Source of the DNA: a virus | Lineage: Duplodnaviria > Caudoviricetes | Strand: one strand, 5' to 3' | IMG/VR virus record: IMGVR_UViG_3300016472_000345 | Coordinates: 1-36,070 of that record | DNA: 36,070 nucleotides | In this document: positions 1 to 7,885 of the stretch, one piece after another | How positions within the stretch are numbered: the stretch's first letter is position 1 | Layout: each line of letters begins with the position of its first letter | The notes under the pieces: model-generated | What the model was told of the DNA's origin: nothing | Databases searched by the model: none | The model's input: only the letters and a program-made list of their open reading frames with translations | Program-made: the position numbers and the translations under genes

Positions 1-104
1 TTTTTTACAAAATTGAATTTATAATCTTTTTTCTGCACACTAATGTATTTATTTCTTATGGTGGTTTTAGTGCTTTTATTTTGTGTTTGTTTTTGGTTTT
101 TCAT
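1..104 (-). CDS. 5' part of a 59-aa membrane-anchored hypothetical protein that continues across the window junction into 36070..35995
   Basis: ATG at 104 with GAAAGGA upstream. The frame stays open to base 1 and, joined to base 36070, reads MKNQKQ...FNFVKK-RFIKLKTMIVLSILFILLILINKY*. Confidence 0.6.
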   Translation of the reverse strand, partial: MKNQKQTQNKSTKTTIRNKYISVQKKDYKFNFVK

Positions 105-243
105 TATTTATCCTTTCAACTAATTTAGAATATTCGTGTATTCCTACATCTAGTTCTATCATTGACACTATCTGTTCTACTTCTTTTGTGTCTTTAATTA
201 TTTTATGAAGTAGGTTAACTATGTTTGAATTTATTTTATACAT
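76..243 (-). CDS. hypothetical protein, 55 aa
   Basis: Translated by hand (MYKINSNIVNLLHK...). AAGGGAG lies upstream of the ATG and the ORF fills the gap between its neighbours. Confidence 0.5.
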   Translation of the reverse strand: MYKINSNIVNLLHKIIKDTKEVEQIVSMIELDVGIHEYSKLVERINNEKPKTNTK

Positions 244-461
244 ACATCTCCCTTATTAAGTTCTAAATGTTTAAGACTTTTTTCATACATACTTTGACAA
301 TTTAGGCATTGACCTGTAATCATCATTGCTAGTTCAATGTGGTCAATAGGTGATACATTGCAGTAGTAACATTTAATAGAATTTAATACTTTTTTTGTTG
401 ATACTTTTTTAGTATCTTGAGTCTTGGGTATAATGGTGGTTATATATTCCTTTTTTTCCAT
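231..461 (-). CDS. small Zn-finger-like hypothetical protein
   Basis: Two CxxC motifs (CYYC, CLNC), an AAAGGA RBS and a promoter at 492-520. Confidence 0.65.
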   Translation of the reverse strand: MEKKEYITTIIPKTQDTKKVSTKKVLNSIKCYYCNVSPIDHIELAMMITGQCLNCQSMYEKSLKHLELNKGDVCIK

Positions 462-491
462 TTTTTCCTTTTTTAATTTTTTACTATATTA

Positions 492-520
492 ATAATATAA
501 TAATTTTAATTATATGTCAA
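492..520 (-). promoter_or_regulatory. sigma70-type promoter
   Basis: TTGACA-N17-TATTAT on the minus strand. Confidence 0.7.
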
Positions 521-525
521 GGGGT

Positions 526-565
526 AAAAAAAAAGACACAAAGTACATATAGTATTTTGTGTCTT
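526..565 (-). terminator. intrinsic terminator
   Basis: Stem AAGACACAAAATAC / GTACTTTGTGTCTT followed by a T tract on the minus strand, just after the stop at 574. Confidence 0.75.
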
Positions 566-573
566 GTGCGATA

Positions 574-738
574 TTATCGCTTGTTAGTTGAGTTCCGAAT
601 TACCTCAGCTTGGCGTTCAAGGCGTTCTGCTTTTTCACGCTGTTTGTCTGCCTCTGCTTGTAGTCGTTCGGCTTTTTCTTGCAGGATTTCTTTTGCAGAT
701 TGAAACCCAGAGTTGCTTGTATTTTTTTTGTCGGACAT
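574..738 (-). CDS. small coiled-coil protein, 54 aa (ATG 738 preferred to TTG 777)
   Basis: CAGGAGAG RBS before ATG 738, heptad-like EKAERL repeats, and a terminator downstream. Confidence 0.65.
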   Translation of the reverse strand: MSDKKNTSNSGFQSAKEILQEKAERLQAEADKQREKAERLERQAEVIRNSTNKR

Positions 739-945
739 TTTATCTCTCCTGATTGTATTCTGTCCTATTTGTAGCAATCGCTACTTTTTAGATAAATTCC
801 AAAAAGTAATTATCGCTACACGATGGGAGTAACCTCTGTCATATTACTCCCTGCTTTTTGCTTTTTAATAATAAATCCTAATAGGTATGCCCACGCCGAT
901 TAATAATAAGCCTAGATATACCATTTAAGATTTATTATTAATATA

Positions 946-974
946 ATTATATAATGATTATTATTATTTGTCAA
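946..974 (-). promoter_or_regulatory. consensus sigma70-type promoter
   Basis: TTGACA(974-969)-N17-TATAAT(951-946). Confidence 0.8.
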
Positions 975-1153
975 CTATTTTCTTCAATTATTTTTTTAAG
1001 TCTAAGGTATTGTTGTTTAGATATAACGATTTTTCCGTTTTTGATAGTGTTAAGATAAGATTGTGATAAATTAGATAATCTTGATAGTTTATAATCTGTG
1101 ATGTTTTCAAATAAGTGTTTATCTTCAATTTTATTTTTTTCGTAGTAATACAT
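971..1153 (-). CDS. XRE/Cro-like helix-turn-helix regulator
   Basis: TDYKLSRLSNLSQSYLNTIKNGK fits the XRE HTH pattern; 60 aa. Confidence 0.7.
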   Translation of the reverse strand: MYYYEKNKIEDKHLFENITDYKLSRLSNLSQSYLNTIKNGKIVISKQQYLRLKKIIEENS

Positions 1154-1186
1154 ATACTCTATTATATATTATATTTGTAAAATTTA

Positions 1187-2080
1187 CTATAAATTTGTAA
1201 ATTTTGAATATCCTGTGTAGCCCATACTATCAAAAATTGGTTTATCTTGAAATGATAGAGTTTCCTCATCTAAATAAAAAACACACTCACCTGATAAACC
1301 TGTTCTATTTTTTAAAATTCTTAGTCTTGTAATACTTCTTTCTGTTTTGGATTTGCTGTCTTTATCTCGTACTATTCCCCATACTGAATGAGCGAAGTTT
1401 GTAATATTTCCTGAACCTTTTATATTTTCTAAACTTGGAATAATGACATCTGCTTTAGGCATTTGTCCATCAATTAATTTTTTACTTGATATTGTATCTT
1501 TTCTAATATGGTGCGTTAAAATAATTGATTTGTTATAAGTATTGGCAAACTCTTGTAATTTTTTTATTAAATCACTTTGTTCCTTGTATATGTCTTGTGC
1601 ATTGACTTTTGAACTTAAACTTTCTAAATTATCAACTAAATATACTTCAACTTGACTTTTATAGATTTCTAATTTTTCTATTATGCTTTCTACAATGTTA
1701 GTTTCGTCTAATTGTTCGTAATACCATATAGAAATTAAATCTTCTAATTCTTGAAATTTTAATTTTGCTATTTCAATATTTTCTTGATTAAAAATCTCAT
1801 TGTTCATAAAACAATAATTTCTTAATAATCTCTGTGTTGTAATGTCGTAACCATTTTCAAGTTCAAAATATACTGATTTAATTTTTTCTCTTGCTAGGTT
1901 TATTAATATTTGTGTTGCGAATAAACTTTTTCCAACTCCTGTTCCACTTGCAATAATAGTTAATGCACCTTTAGGAAGTCCTCCTAATTCATCTAATTTT
2001 TTAAAACCTGTGTTTAAACCTTTTTTGTAATTTGGGTCAAATAATTTTAAAAATCTGTCAATCATTTCTGTACCTTTCAT
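1187..2080 (-). CDS. DnaB-like (SF4) replicative helicase, C-terminal ATPase domain only
   Basis: TGFKKLD, Walker A GTGVGKS, YFELE, Walker B YLVDNL, KGSGNI and KNR motifs; follows the initiator gene. Confidence 0.9.
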   Translation of the reverse strand: MKGTEMIDRFLKLFDPNYKKGLNTGFKKLDELGGLPKGALTIIASGTGVGKSLFATQILINLAREKIKSVYFELENGYDITTQRLLRNYCFMNNEIFNQENIEIAKLKFQELEDLISIWYYEQLDETNIVESIIEKLEIYKSQVEVYLVDNLESLSSKVNAQDIYKEQSDLIKKLQEFANTYNKSIILTHHIRKDTISSKKLIDGQMPKADVIIPSLENIKGSGNITNFAHSVWGIVRDKDSKSKTERSITRLRILKNRTGLSGECVFYLDEETLSFQDKPIFDSMGYTGYSKFTNL

Positions 2081-3044
2081 TATAAATTTGATGTGCTTCT
2101 ATATGAGAACCTTTTAGATATCCTGTTTCTTCTAAATTAGGTACTTGCATTAGTAATGCTTCACCAATTCTGTCTATTGGATTTCCTTTACTATCTTTTT
2201 GTCTGAAATGAAGTTCTAAACTTGTTTGTCCTTCCCATTTTTTCTTACATAGTAGAATATGAAATATGCTTCTAACAATATCATCTTCACAATATCCGTC
2301 AGGATTATCATTACTTTTAAGCCAATAATCGCAATTTTTAGCCCAAACTTTAAAACCTCTAACAGCAGGTCTTCCTTCTATTGAATTATAGGTGTTAATA
2401 ATATTCTCATAAAACTTTATATTTTCTTTCTTGTAAGGTGTATTAATTGTATTAGATGTTTTAGGTAAGTTAGGTGTTTTTTTAGAAAATTTATTTTCTA
2501 TATTCTCTTTAATATTTTGTTTATTATTATGTTTAATATTAATGTCTATTACTTTTGTAATATAGGTATCTAACTTTTGTAATATAGGTATATCACTTTT
2601 GTTATATAGGTCTATTTCTCTAGTAATATAGGTATCTAACTTTTGTGTTGTAGGTATATCACTTTTGTTATATAGGTCTATCACTTTTGTATCATCTTTT
2701 TTATCTGTATTAGATATTTCAATTGTTTCAATTTGTTTCTTTGGTTCTACGATATAAAGTTTTCTATTGTTACCTTTTTCTTTATCTATTACTGATTTTA
2801 TATAGCCCAGACTTATAAGTTTATTAATTGTTATTGAAATGTAATTAGGTTTAACATCATACAAACCTGCGAAGTATTTATTATTTGCATAACAATAACC
2901 ATACTTATTTGATAGTGCTACAATTTCTGAATATAAAAGTTTTTGAGTACTTGTTAGTCTTTTATCGTATCTTACATCTGCTGTAATGATTGAGTAATAA
3001 TTTGGATTTTCTTTTTCTACTTCCACTATTGCCTTTCTGAGCAA
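2058..3044 (-). CDS. phage replisome organiser / replication initiator with N-terminal HTH (start may be GTG 3026)
   Basis: PNYYSIITADVRYDKRLT...KLLYSEI..LSNKYGYCYANNKYFA N-terminus, internal iterons, and position upstream of the helicase. Confidence 0.85.
   Translation of the reverse strand: MLRKAIVEVEKENPNYYSIITADVRYDKRLTSTQKLLYSEIVALSNKYGYCYANNKYFAGLYDVKPNYISITINKLISLGYIKSVIDKEKGNNRKLYIVEPKKQIETIEISNTDKKDDTKVIDLYNKSDIPTTQKLDTYITREIDLYNKSDIPILQKLDTYITKVIDINIKHNNKQNIKENIENKFSKKTPNLPKTSNTINTPYKKENIKFYENIINTYNSIEGRPAVRGFKVWAKNCDYWLKSNDNPDGYCEDDIVRSIFHILLCKKKWEGQTSLELHFRQKDSKGNPIDRIGEALLMQVPNLEETGYLKGSHIEAHQIYNERYRND
2551..2690. repeat. six tandem 22-bp iteron-like repeats plus a partial copy (probable origin of replication)
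   Basis: Units start at 2551, 2573, 2595, 2617, 2639 and 2661 (consensus about ACTTTTGTWATATAGGTMTMTM), with a 66-bp higher-order period, inside the initiator gene. Confidence 0.85.
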
Positions 3045-3045
3045 T

Positions 3046-3158
3046 AAAAAAACTGCTCTAAATCAAAGTACCTAGCCTAACAAAGTTTGCGACATTTACT
3101 AGGCACTTTAATACAGAACAGTTTTCTGCACCTTGTTAGTTTTGGTTGTCGCTACCAT
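3046..3158 (-). ncRNA. structured leader/attenuator upstream of the initiator, with a C4/CI-antisense-like architecture
   Basis: A stem of about 27 bp with several G-U pairs on the minus strand ends in a T tract. Its loop segments TGTCGC and CTTTGTTAG are complementary to upstream GCGACA and CTAACAAGG. Confidence 0.6.
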
Positions 3159-3174
3159 ATTTAATTGTAATGTA

Positions 3175-3203
3175 ATTATATATTAACTTATATTAAAAAT
3201 CAA
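3175..3203 (-). promoter_or_regulatory. sigma70-type promoter for the replication operon
   Basis: TTGATT-N17-TATAAT. Confidence 0.6.
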
Positions 3204-3207
3204 CTAT

Positions 3208-3390
3208 TTATTTTGTAACTATAATTACTTTATAACTCCAAGTACTCGTAAAGTTAAACAGACTAATACCTAAAAATGTTTTTTTTGTATGTACTGCTGT
3301 AATTGATATAACTTCTTTATCTTTTATATAATGATTTATTTTAATTTCTAATCCTACTTTTGTATCATCTTCAATTATTTTACAAACCAT
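3208..3390 (-). CDS. hypothetical protein, 60 aa
   Basis: AAAGGAG RBS; tightly packed in the operon. Confidence 0.6.
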   Translation of the reverse strand: MVCKIIEDDTKVGLEIKINHYIKDKEVISITAVHTKKTFLGISLFNFTSTWSYKVIIVTK

Positions 3391-3392
3391 TT

Positions 3393-3620
3393 CTAACTCC
3401 TTTCTTTTATTAAGTTTTTAATATAACTACCAATTTCTTTAAAATTGTTATTATTTTCTTTTTTAATTAAATCAATACCTTCTTGCGTAGGCATTAAATC
3501 TATAAAATCGTAAGTATTCCAAAGATATGGTAAATCATCTACATTTTTATTGCTTTTGAAAACTAATTCCCTAATTTTTATGATATTTGTATTAATATAA
3601 TTTTTTAATTCTTTTTGCAT
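3393..3620 (-). CDS. hypothetical protein, 75 aa
   Basis: 2-bp gaps to both neighbours; phage-typical composition. Confidence 0.6.
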   Translation of the reverse strand: MQKELKNYINTNIIKIRELVFKSNKNVDDLPYLWNTYDFIDLMPTQEGIDLIKKENNNNFKEIGSYIKNLIKERS

Positions 3621-3622
3621 AT

Positions 3623-3862
3623 TTATTTTTTGATTAAATCTAATATATCTTCTACACAGGAACTGATAAGTGCGTCTAATACTTGTGGTCTAGTTTTGTT
3701 AATGAATACTTCATCAAAATAATTGTAATTAGAGAATATGTAGGATAAATCTTGCTCATTTATTTTTAACTCTTTGGCAATATCTTCAATATTAGTCATA
3801 TTAACCATATAATCTACTACTAGACTTTGTACATCATAATAATTTTTTAATTTTTCTTTCAT
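3623..3862 (-). CDS. hypothetical protein, 79 aa (possible HTH)
   Basis: AAAAGGAG RBS, its own consensus promoter, and an HTH-like segment NIEDIAKELKINE. Confidence 0.7.
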   Translation of the reverse strand: MKEKLKNYYDVQSLVVDYMVNMTNIEDIAKELKINEQDLSYIFSNYNYFDEVFINKTRPQVLDALISSCVEDILDLIKK

Positions 3863-3938
3863 AAAAAACTCCTTTTGTTTTTTAAATTAATAATAATATT
3901 ATTATATAATATATTTTATTATATGTCAATATTTATTT
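3858..3938 (-). repeat. 81-bp promoter+RBS direct repeat, copy 1
   Basis: Matches 4228-4308 at all but 2 positions. Contains TTGACA(3929-3924)-N17-TATAAT(3906-3901) and AAAAGGAG before the ATG. Confidence 0.9.
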
Positions 3939-4232
3939 ATCTTCTTTTTTTTCAGTTTGTTCTAAATTAAACACTTTACTATAGCCGTTTATAATAGGTA
4001 CATTTTTAATGACTTCTTTGTCTCCTTCTTTTACTTTCTTCGTACCTGTGCTAAAACCATTAAAGATAGTTACTGCTTTACTACCTTTTTTAATTTTTAG
4101 GTTCTTTTGATTAGCTTGTAGAAAAGTAACCCAAGCATTTGATTTATAATTGTTTTGAACTCTAACACTTTCTAAAACAACTTGATTTTCACCTTGATAT
4201 AAATTTCCTGTAATTAAATTATAATTTTTCAT
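3933..4232 (-). CDS. ArdC-like ssDNA-binding (antirestriction) N-terminal domain protein
   Basis: N..TG..YQG.N, WVTFLQA, IKKGSKA and VFNLEQT motifs; no C-terminal metallopeptidase domain. Confidence 0.85.
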   Translation of the reverse strand: MKNYNLITGNLYQGENQVVLESVRVQNNYKSNAWVTFLQANQKNLKIKKGSKAVTIFNGFSTGTKKVKEGDKEVIKNVPIINGYSKVFNLEQTEKKEDK

Positions 4233-4308
4233 AAAAAACTCCTTTTGTTTTTTAAATTAATAATATTATTATTATATAATATATTTAATTATATGTCAAT
4301 ATTTATTT
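4228..4308 (-). repeat. 81-bp promoter+RBS direct repeat, copy 2
   Basis: TTGACA(4299-4294)-N17-TATAAT(4276-4271) and AAAAGGAG RBS; 370 bp from copy 1. Confidence 0.9.
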
Positions 4309-4342
4309 TTATTTTCACAAAATAAGATAAAATGAAAATAAT

Positions 4343-4573
4343 ATGATAATCAAAACAGATAGTAGACAAAATAATGTTACTACTATTCGTTGCTGTTTAT
4401 GTACTATCGGAATTGGTAATTCAATTATTGATAACGAGTGGCATAGGCATTATTATCGTACTCCTTATGTTCTTAGATATAAAAACAAAGATTATATTTT
4501 AGATTATGATTGTTACCAATTAGTTTTAAAAAATCCAAGTAAATTAAAAAAAGCATATAAACTTAAAAATTAA
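4343..4573 (+). CDS. hypothetical protein, the only credible plus-strand gene
   Basis: Fills an otherwise empty gap, carries a CCLC motif, and converges on the hairpin at 4578-4606. Confidence 0.55.
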   Translation: MIIKTDSRQNNVTTIRCCLCTIGIGNSIIDNEWHRHYYRTPYVLRYKNKDYILDYDCYQLVLKNPSKLKKAYKLKN

Positions 4574-4577
4574 AAAT

Positions 4578-4606
4578 ACCCCAATAAATATATAATCCAT
4601 TGGGGT
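4578..4606. terminator. hairpin between convergent genes
   Basis: ACCCCAAT-N13-ATTGGGGT. Confidence 0.5.
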
Positions 4607-4846
4607 CTATGAGAAGTAATTGCTTCTTTTGTCAATCCTTCTGTAGTGGTGATAATAATGACAAGCCCTACATAATGTTTGTAGATTACTTGGGTCATTA
4701 TTCTCGTGATTATGGTCAATGTGGTGGACTTCCAGAATTATTTTGGAATATCTACCCCCCTGCTTACAGCTTTGACAAATAAACTCGTCCCTTTCTAAGA
4801 TTTGCAATCGTAACGCCATCCACTCGTGTTTTGGCATTCTGACCAT
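4607..4846 (-). CDS. HNH endonuclease
   Basis: RD..CQSC...LEVHHIDH..ENN.PSNLQTLCRACH. Confidence 0.9.
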   Translation of the reverse strand: MVRMPKHEWMALRLQILERDEFICQSCKQGGRYSKIILEVHHIDHNHENNDPSNLQTLCRACHYYHHYRRIDKRSNYFS

Positions 4847-4848
4847 TG

Positions 4849-5031
4849 TTAGTCCCTCAATTCGTACTCCATTTTAGAGAGTTCGTAACCATCGTGTTGC
4901 ATAGCCCGTATGTATCTATCAACCTGGTTCCAAAGCAAAAAATGGTTTTGTGCTTGAAACTCGCATTGATAATCATATCGGAATACACTTTTGTAGAATA
5001 CAAACTTGATTTTCGCTGTTATTAGATACAT
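4849..5031 (-). CDS. hypothetical protein, 60 aa
   Basis: AGGAGG RBS; in an operon with the HNH gene. Confidence 0.65.
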   Translation of the reverse strand: MYLITAKIKFVFYKSVFRYDYQCEFQAQNHFLLWNQVDRYIRAMQHDGYELSKMEYELRD

Positions 5032-5040
5032 TTTGACCTC

Positions 5041-5226
5041 CTAATTGTAGGTTATTGTGTATTGAACGAGTTTGTAACCTTTATCAGATAATTGCCCGAC
5101 AAATTCCCTAAATCTAAGAAATGCGTCAAGCTCGTACCTGCCCGTAAATGATTTGGTGATTTGGATAAATTCGGTGTTGTCACAATCTGGACAACTTAAA
5201 GTAAGGGTGGCTGTTAGAACTATCAC
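5041..5226 (-). CDS. hypothetical protein, 61 aa, with CPDC motif
   Basis: AAGGAG RBS before a GTG start. Confidence 0.65.
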   Translation of the reverse strand: MIVLTATLTLSCPDCDNTEFIQITKSFTGRYELDAFLRFREFVGQLSDKGYKLVQYTITYN

Positions 5227-5290
5227 GGATATCTCCTTGTCAAAGTTCTTTGTATTTCAATTATGTATCAATTATTTAAAAATACAATGT

Positions 5291-5512
5291 TTATTTACTT
5301 TTATATTTTTTAAAAAAATCTAGCAGTATGTTAATAAGATATAAACTCATTGCTCCAGCCATAGTTTCATCAATTTGAAAATCATTAATTGAAATTCCAT
5401 TACTCATTATTCTTTCTTGTATTGTTATTAAATACAAAATAAATAAAGGGGCTAAAAAAGTAAGTGAATTATTTAACCATTTATTGTATTTTTCTTGACT
5501 TAAGATTTTCAT
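5291..5512 (-). CDS. putative holin
   Basis: Two hydrophobic helices and a basic C-terminus; overlaps the end of the endolysin gene. Confidence 0.6.
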   Translation of the reverse strand: MKILSQEKYNKWLNNSLTFLAPLFILYLITIQERIMSNGISINDFQIDETMAGAMSLYLINILLDFFKKYKSK

Positions 5513-6335
5513 ATATTTCTTTCAATTTTTTTAAATTATTAATAATAATATTATTTTCTGTATTAGATGTATTTATTTTTTTTATGTTTTGGAGTTCGTT
5601 TTGGTATTTTAGGACATCTTTACTGCTGTTATCTAGTTCTACCTTAACCTCACTTAATTCGTTGCTTAAATTGGCGTTTTTGACTTTCTCGTTATTTAAT
5701 AATTGTTCTAATTCTTCACACAATAATTTTAATTTATTGAAAGAATTTTCTTTTTCTTTTATCTCTTTTTTTAAATCTTTAATTTCACTTTCTAAATTTC
5801 TTGCTTTTTCTTTCCAATCTTCTTTATTCTTAGTCATTTCTTCTAATGCTTTTCTTAATGTATCAACGCTGTCTGTTGAAACACCTGTTTCATAAACATC
5901 TACCCAATCAATTTTTTTCTTATCAAATGGGTCAATGTAACCTGCATAACCATTATCTCTGTTTCTGGGTTTTGGAAATACTCCAAAATGTAAATGGGGT
6001 CCTGTACTATTACCTGTGTTGCCTGATATAGCGATTAAATCCCCTGCTTTAACAATATCTCCTACTTTTAATTTAGGTAATTCTTTTAGATGTCCGTACA
6101 AAATACCACACTCATCATTTTCTATTTTGATATAAATTCCGTATCCGTTTTTATCGTTGGCAGTTTCTGTTATTGTTCCTGAAATTGCTGAAAATAATTT
6201 TGTACCCACAGGTGTTGCGTAATCTATTCCATTATGACCTTTAAGCCCAAAAGGTTTATACCACTCTGGATTTGTTCCAAAAGGTTGGCTTAAAACAAAG
6301 TCCCCTTCAAATAATCCTCTTTTTAGTTTTATCAT
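5481..6335 (-). CDS. M23-family peptidase endolysin with a C-terminal coiled coil
   Basis: HNGID, YGHL and GNSTGPHLHF motifs; located after the tail genes. Confidence 0.9.
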   Translation of the reverse strand: MIKLKRGLFEGDFVLSQPFGTNPEWYKPFGLKGHNGIDYATPVGTKLFSAISGTITETANDKNGYGIYIKIENDECGILYGHLKELPKLKVGDIVKAGDLIAISGNTGNSTGPHLHFGVFPKPRNRDNGYAGYIDPFDKKKIDWVDVYETGVSTDSVDTLRKALEEMTKNKEDWKEKARNLESEIKDLKKEIKEKENSFNKLKLLCEELEQLLNNEKVKNANLSNELSEVKVELDNSSKDVLKYQNELQNIKKINTSNTENNIIINNLKKLKEIYENLKSRKIQ

Positions 6336-6343
6336 ATTTTATA

Positions 6344-6559
6344 TTATAGTTTACTATTTATAGATTGTATATCTTTTTGAATTTCTGCAAGTCTTACCTC
6401 TATTTTTAAGAAAGTTTCGTCTAACTTCTCAATTTCTTGTTCAAGTTTAGTTATTCGCACTTCAAAAGTATTTATTCTTGTTGTAATAACACCCCAAGCT
6501 ACTGCAATGCCTAATAAAGGAATTAGTATTTTAATTAGTGGTTCGTAGTTTAGTTTCAT
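6344..6559 (-). CDS. small membrane protein with coiled coil (lysis accessory or holin-like)
   Basis: N-terminal TM helix followed by heptad repeats; directly upstream of the endolysin. Confidence 0.6.
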   Translation of the reverse strand: MKLNYEPLIKILIPLLGIAVAWGVITTRINTFEVRITKLEQEIEKLDETFLKIEVRLAEIQKDIQSINSKL

Positions 6560-6765
6560 TGATTTAAATAAAATGAATAGTTTTCTTTAATTAATTCTAT
6601 TACACTTGTTGGAATATACAAAAGATTGAAAGTTCCCCCCTCAGAACTTGGTATATCAACACTTTCTGTTTTTGTGTTTTCTAAAATTGTTAATATTTCA
6701 TTTACTATTCTTTTAATTTCTAAATCTTTTCCTTTTTCTGTTATTGTTAATTCTGTTGTTTCCAT
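6556..6765 (-). CDS. hypothetical protein, 69 aa
   Basis: ATGA overlap with the next gene. Confidence 0.55.
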   Translation of the reverse strand: METTELTITEKGKDLEIKRIVNEILTILENTKTESVDIPSSEGGTFNLLYIPTSVIELIKENYSFYLNQ

Positions 6766-6777
6766 AGTTTTATTTTT

Positions 6778-7431
6778 TTAAATTAATAAAAATGAACCCC
6801 CTTTAATTTTGGCAGGTTCTATAACTACTACTGCTTGACTATATGCTGTTGAACCTGAGCTAAAACCTGACCACCCCATTGTTGTTGTTCCTGCACTTAC
6901 ATTTGCTTTGTAACTTGCTCCCCCACTATCGTCACCACTTCTACTTGCAATTGTTGTTTGTCCTGAACTTGGACTTCCTGCTGAAGTATTAATGTTGAAT
7001 TGTCCCTCTATAACTATTGAACCTGATAAATCTATTGTAACCGTATTGCTAAAACTTGAACCTGTACCCACTTGTTCATCTGTTCTTGTGATTGTTCCTT
7101 GTTTTGCATTTCTAATATCTATAACTCCAATTACTGCTCTATTATCTTCTGTTCCTGCTAAAGTGTAAGCAATTGTATTACTTCCTACATCTGGATTATC
7201 TAAATAAAATATTTGGGTCAAACATTGGTCAAAAGCTGTTGATTGTTTAGCAAGTGTCATTGACCTTGTATTTGCTGTAACACTTGTTATTGTTTCACCA
7301 CCCCTACCTGCGTGAATTAAAATTAGTTTTCTATCTGAACCTGTAACAACCGTATGACTAAAACTACCACTACTAACATTTCCTATATTATGTTGTGTTG
7401 TATTTCCTACTGCGATTGTTTTATAACTCAT
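6778..7431 (-). CDS. putative virion/tail-associated beta-rich protein
   Basis: S/T/G-rich sequence, translationally coupled to the upstream tail gene. Confidence 0.6.
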   Translation of the reverse strand: MSYKTIAVGNTTQHNIGNVSSGSFSHTVVTGSDRKLILIHAGRGGETITSVTANTRSMTLAKQSTAFDQCLTQIFYLDNPDVGSNTIAYTLAGTEDNRAVIGVIDIRNAKQGTITRTDEQVGTGSSFSNTVTIDLSGSIVIEGQFNINTSAGSPSSGQTTIASRSGDDSGGASYKANVSAGTTTMGWSGFSSGSTAYSQAVVVIEPAKIKGGSFLLI

Positions 7432-7883
7432 TATAAATTTTGTCCTATAATAAATCCGTCAAAATTACCTGACGAACTACACATAAATCCAAATACATCA
7501 ATCTTATTAGGAGATGTTGTAAGTGTTGGGGTTGTTCCGTCAGCCCACTTAATTGTTGAAAAGAAAGTAATAGTTCTACTTCCTGTTCCGTCTTGAATTA
7601 ATCTTAAAATAATTCTTTGCCCCACTCCAATATTTGATATTGTTAAGGTTCTGTTTCCCCCTAATGTAACTTGAAAAACATTACCTAGATTTCCGTCTAT
7701 ATTAATTGTTGAATTGTCTGTTAATGTAACAATTCCCCCCTTAATTGCAGTTGGATTGATTATGCTGTGTGTTCCGTCTGTGTTATGTTCAGGATTAATT
7801 TGTGAATTAATATTTGTAAAGTTTTGATTTACTTCACTTGCCTTTGCTGTTGTGTTAGGTGTAAATGTGTATAATGTAGCCAT
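7431..7883 (-). CDS. putative minor tail / tail-fibre-associated protein
   Basis: N-terminal TFTPNTTAKASEVNQNF attachment-like motif and a VTLGGNRTL..IQDGTGSRTI..W..GTTPTLTT domain common in phage fibres. Confidence 0.7.
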   Translation of the reverse strand: MATLYTFTPNTTAKASEVNQNFTNINSQINPEHNTDGTHSIINPTAIKGGIVTLTDNSTINIDGNLGNVFQVTLGGNRTLTISNIGVGQRIILRLIQDGTGSRTITFFSTIKWADGTTPTLTTSPNKIDVFGFMCSSSGNFDGFIIGQNL

Positions 7884-7885
7884 TT

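Noticed and set aside
2551-2690. CRISPR-like array
   Set aside because: The repeats are contiguous with no unique spacers, lie inside a coding gene, and no cas genes are present.
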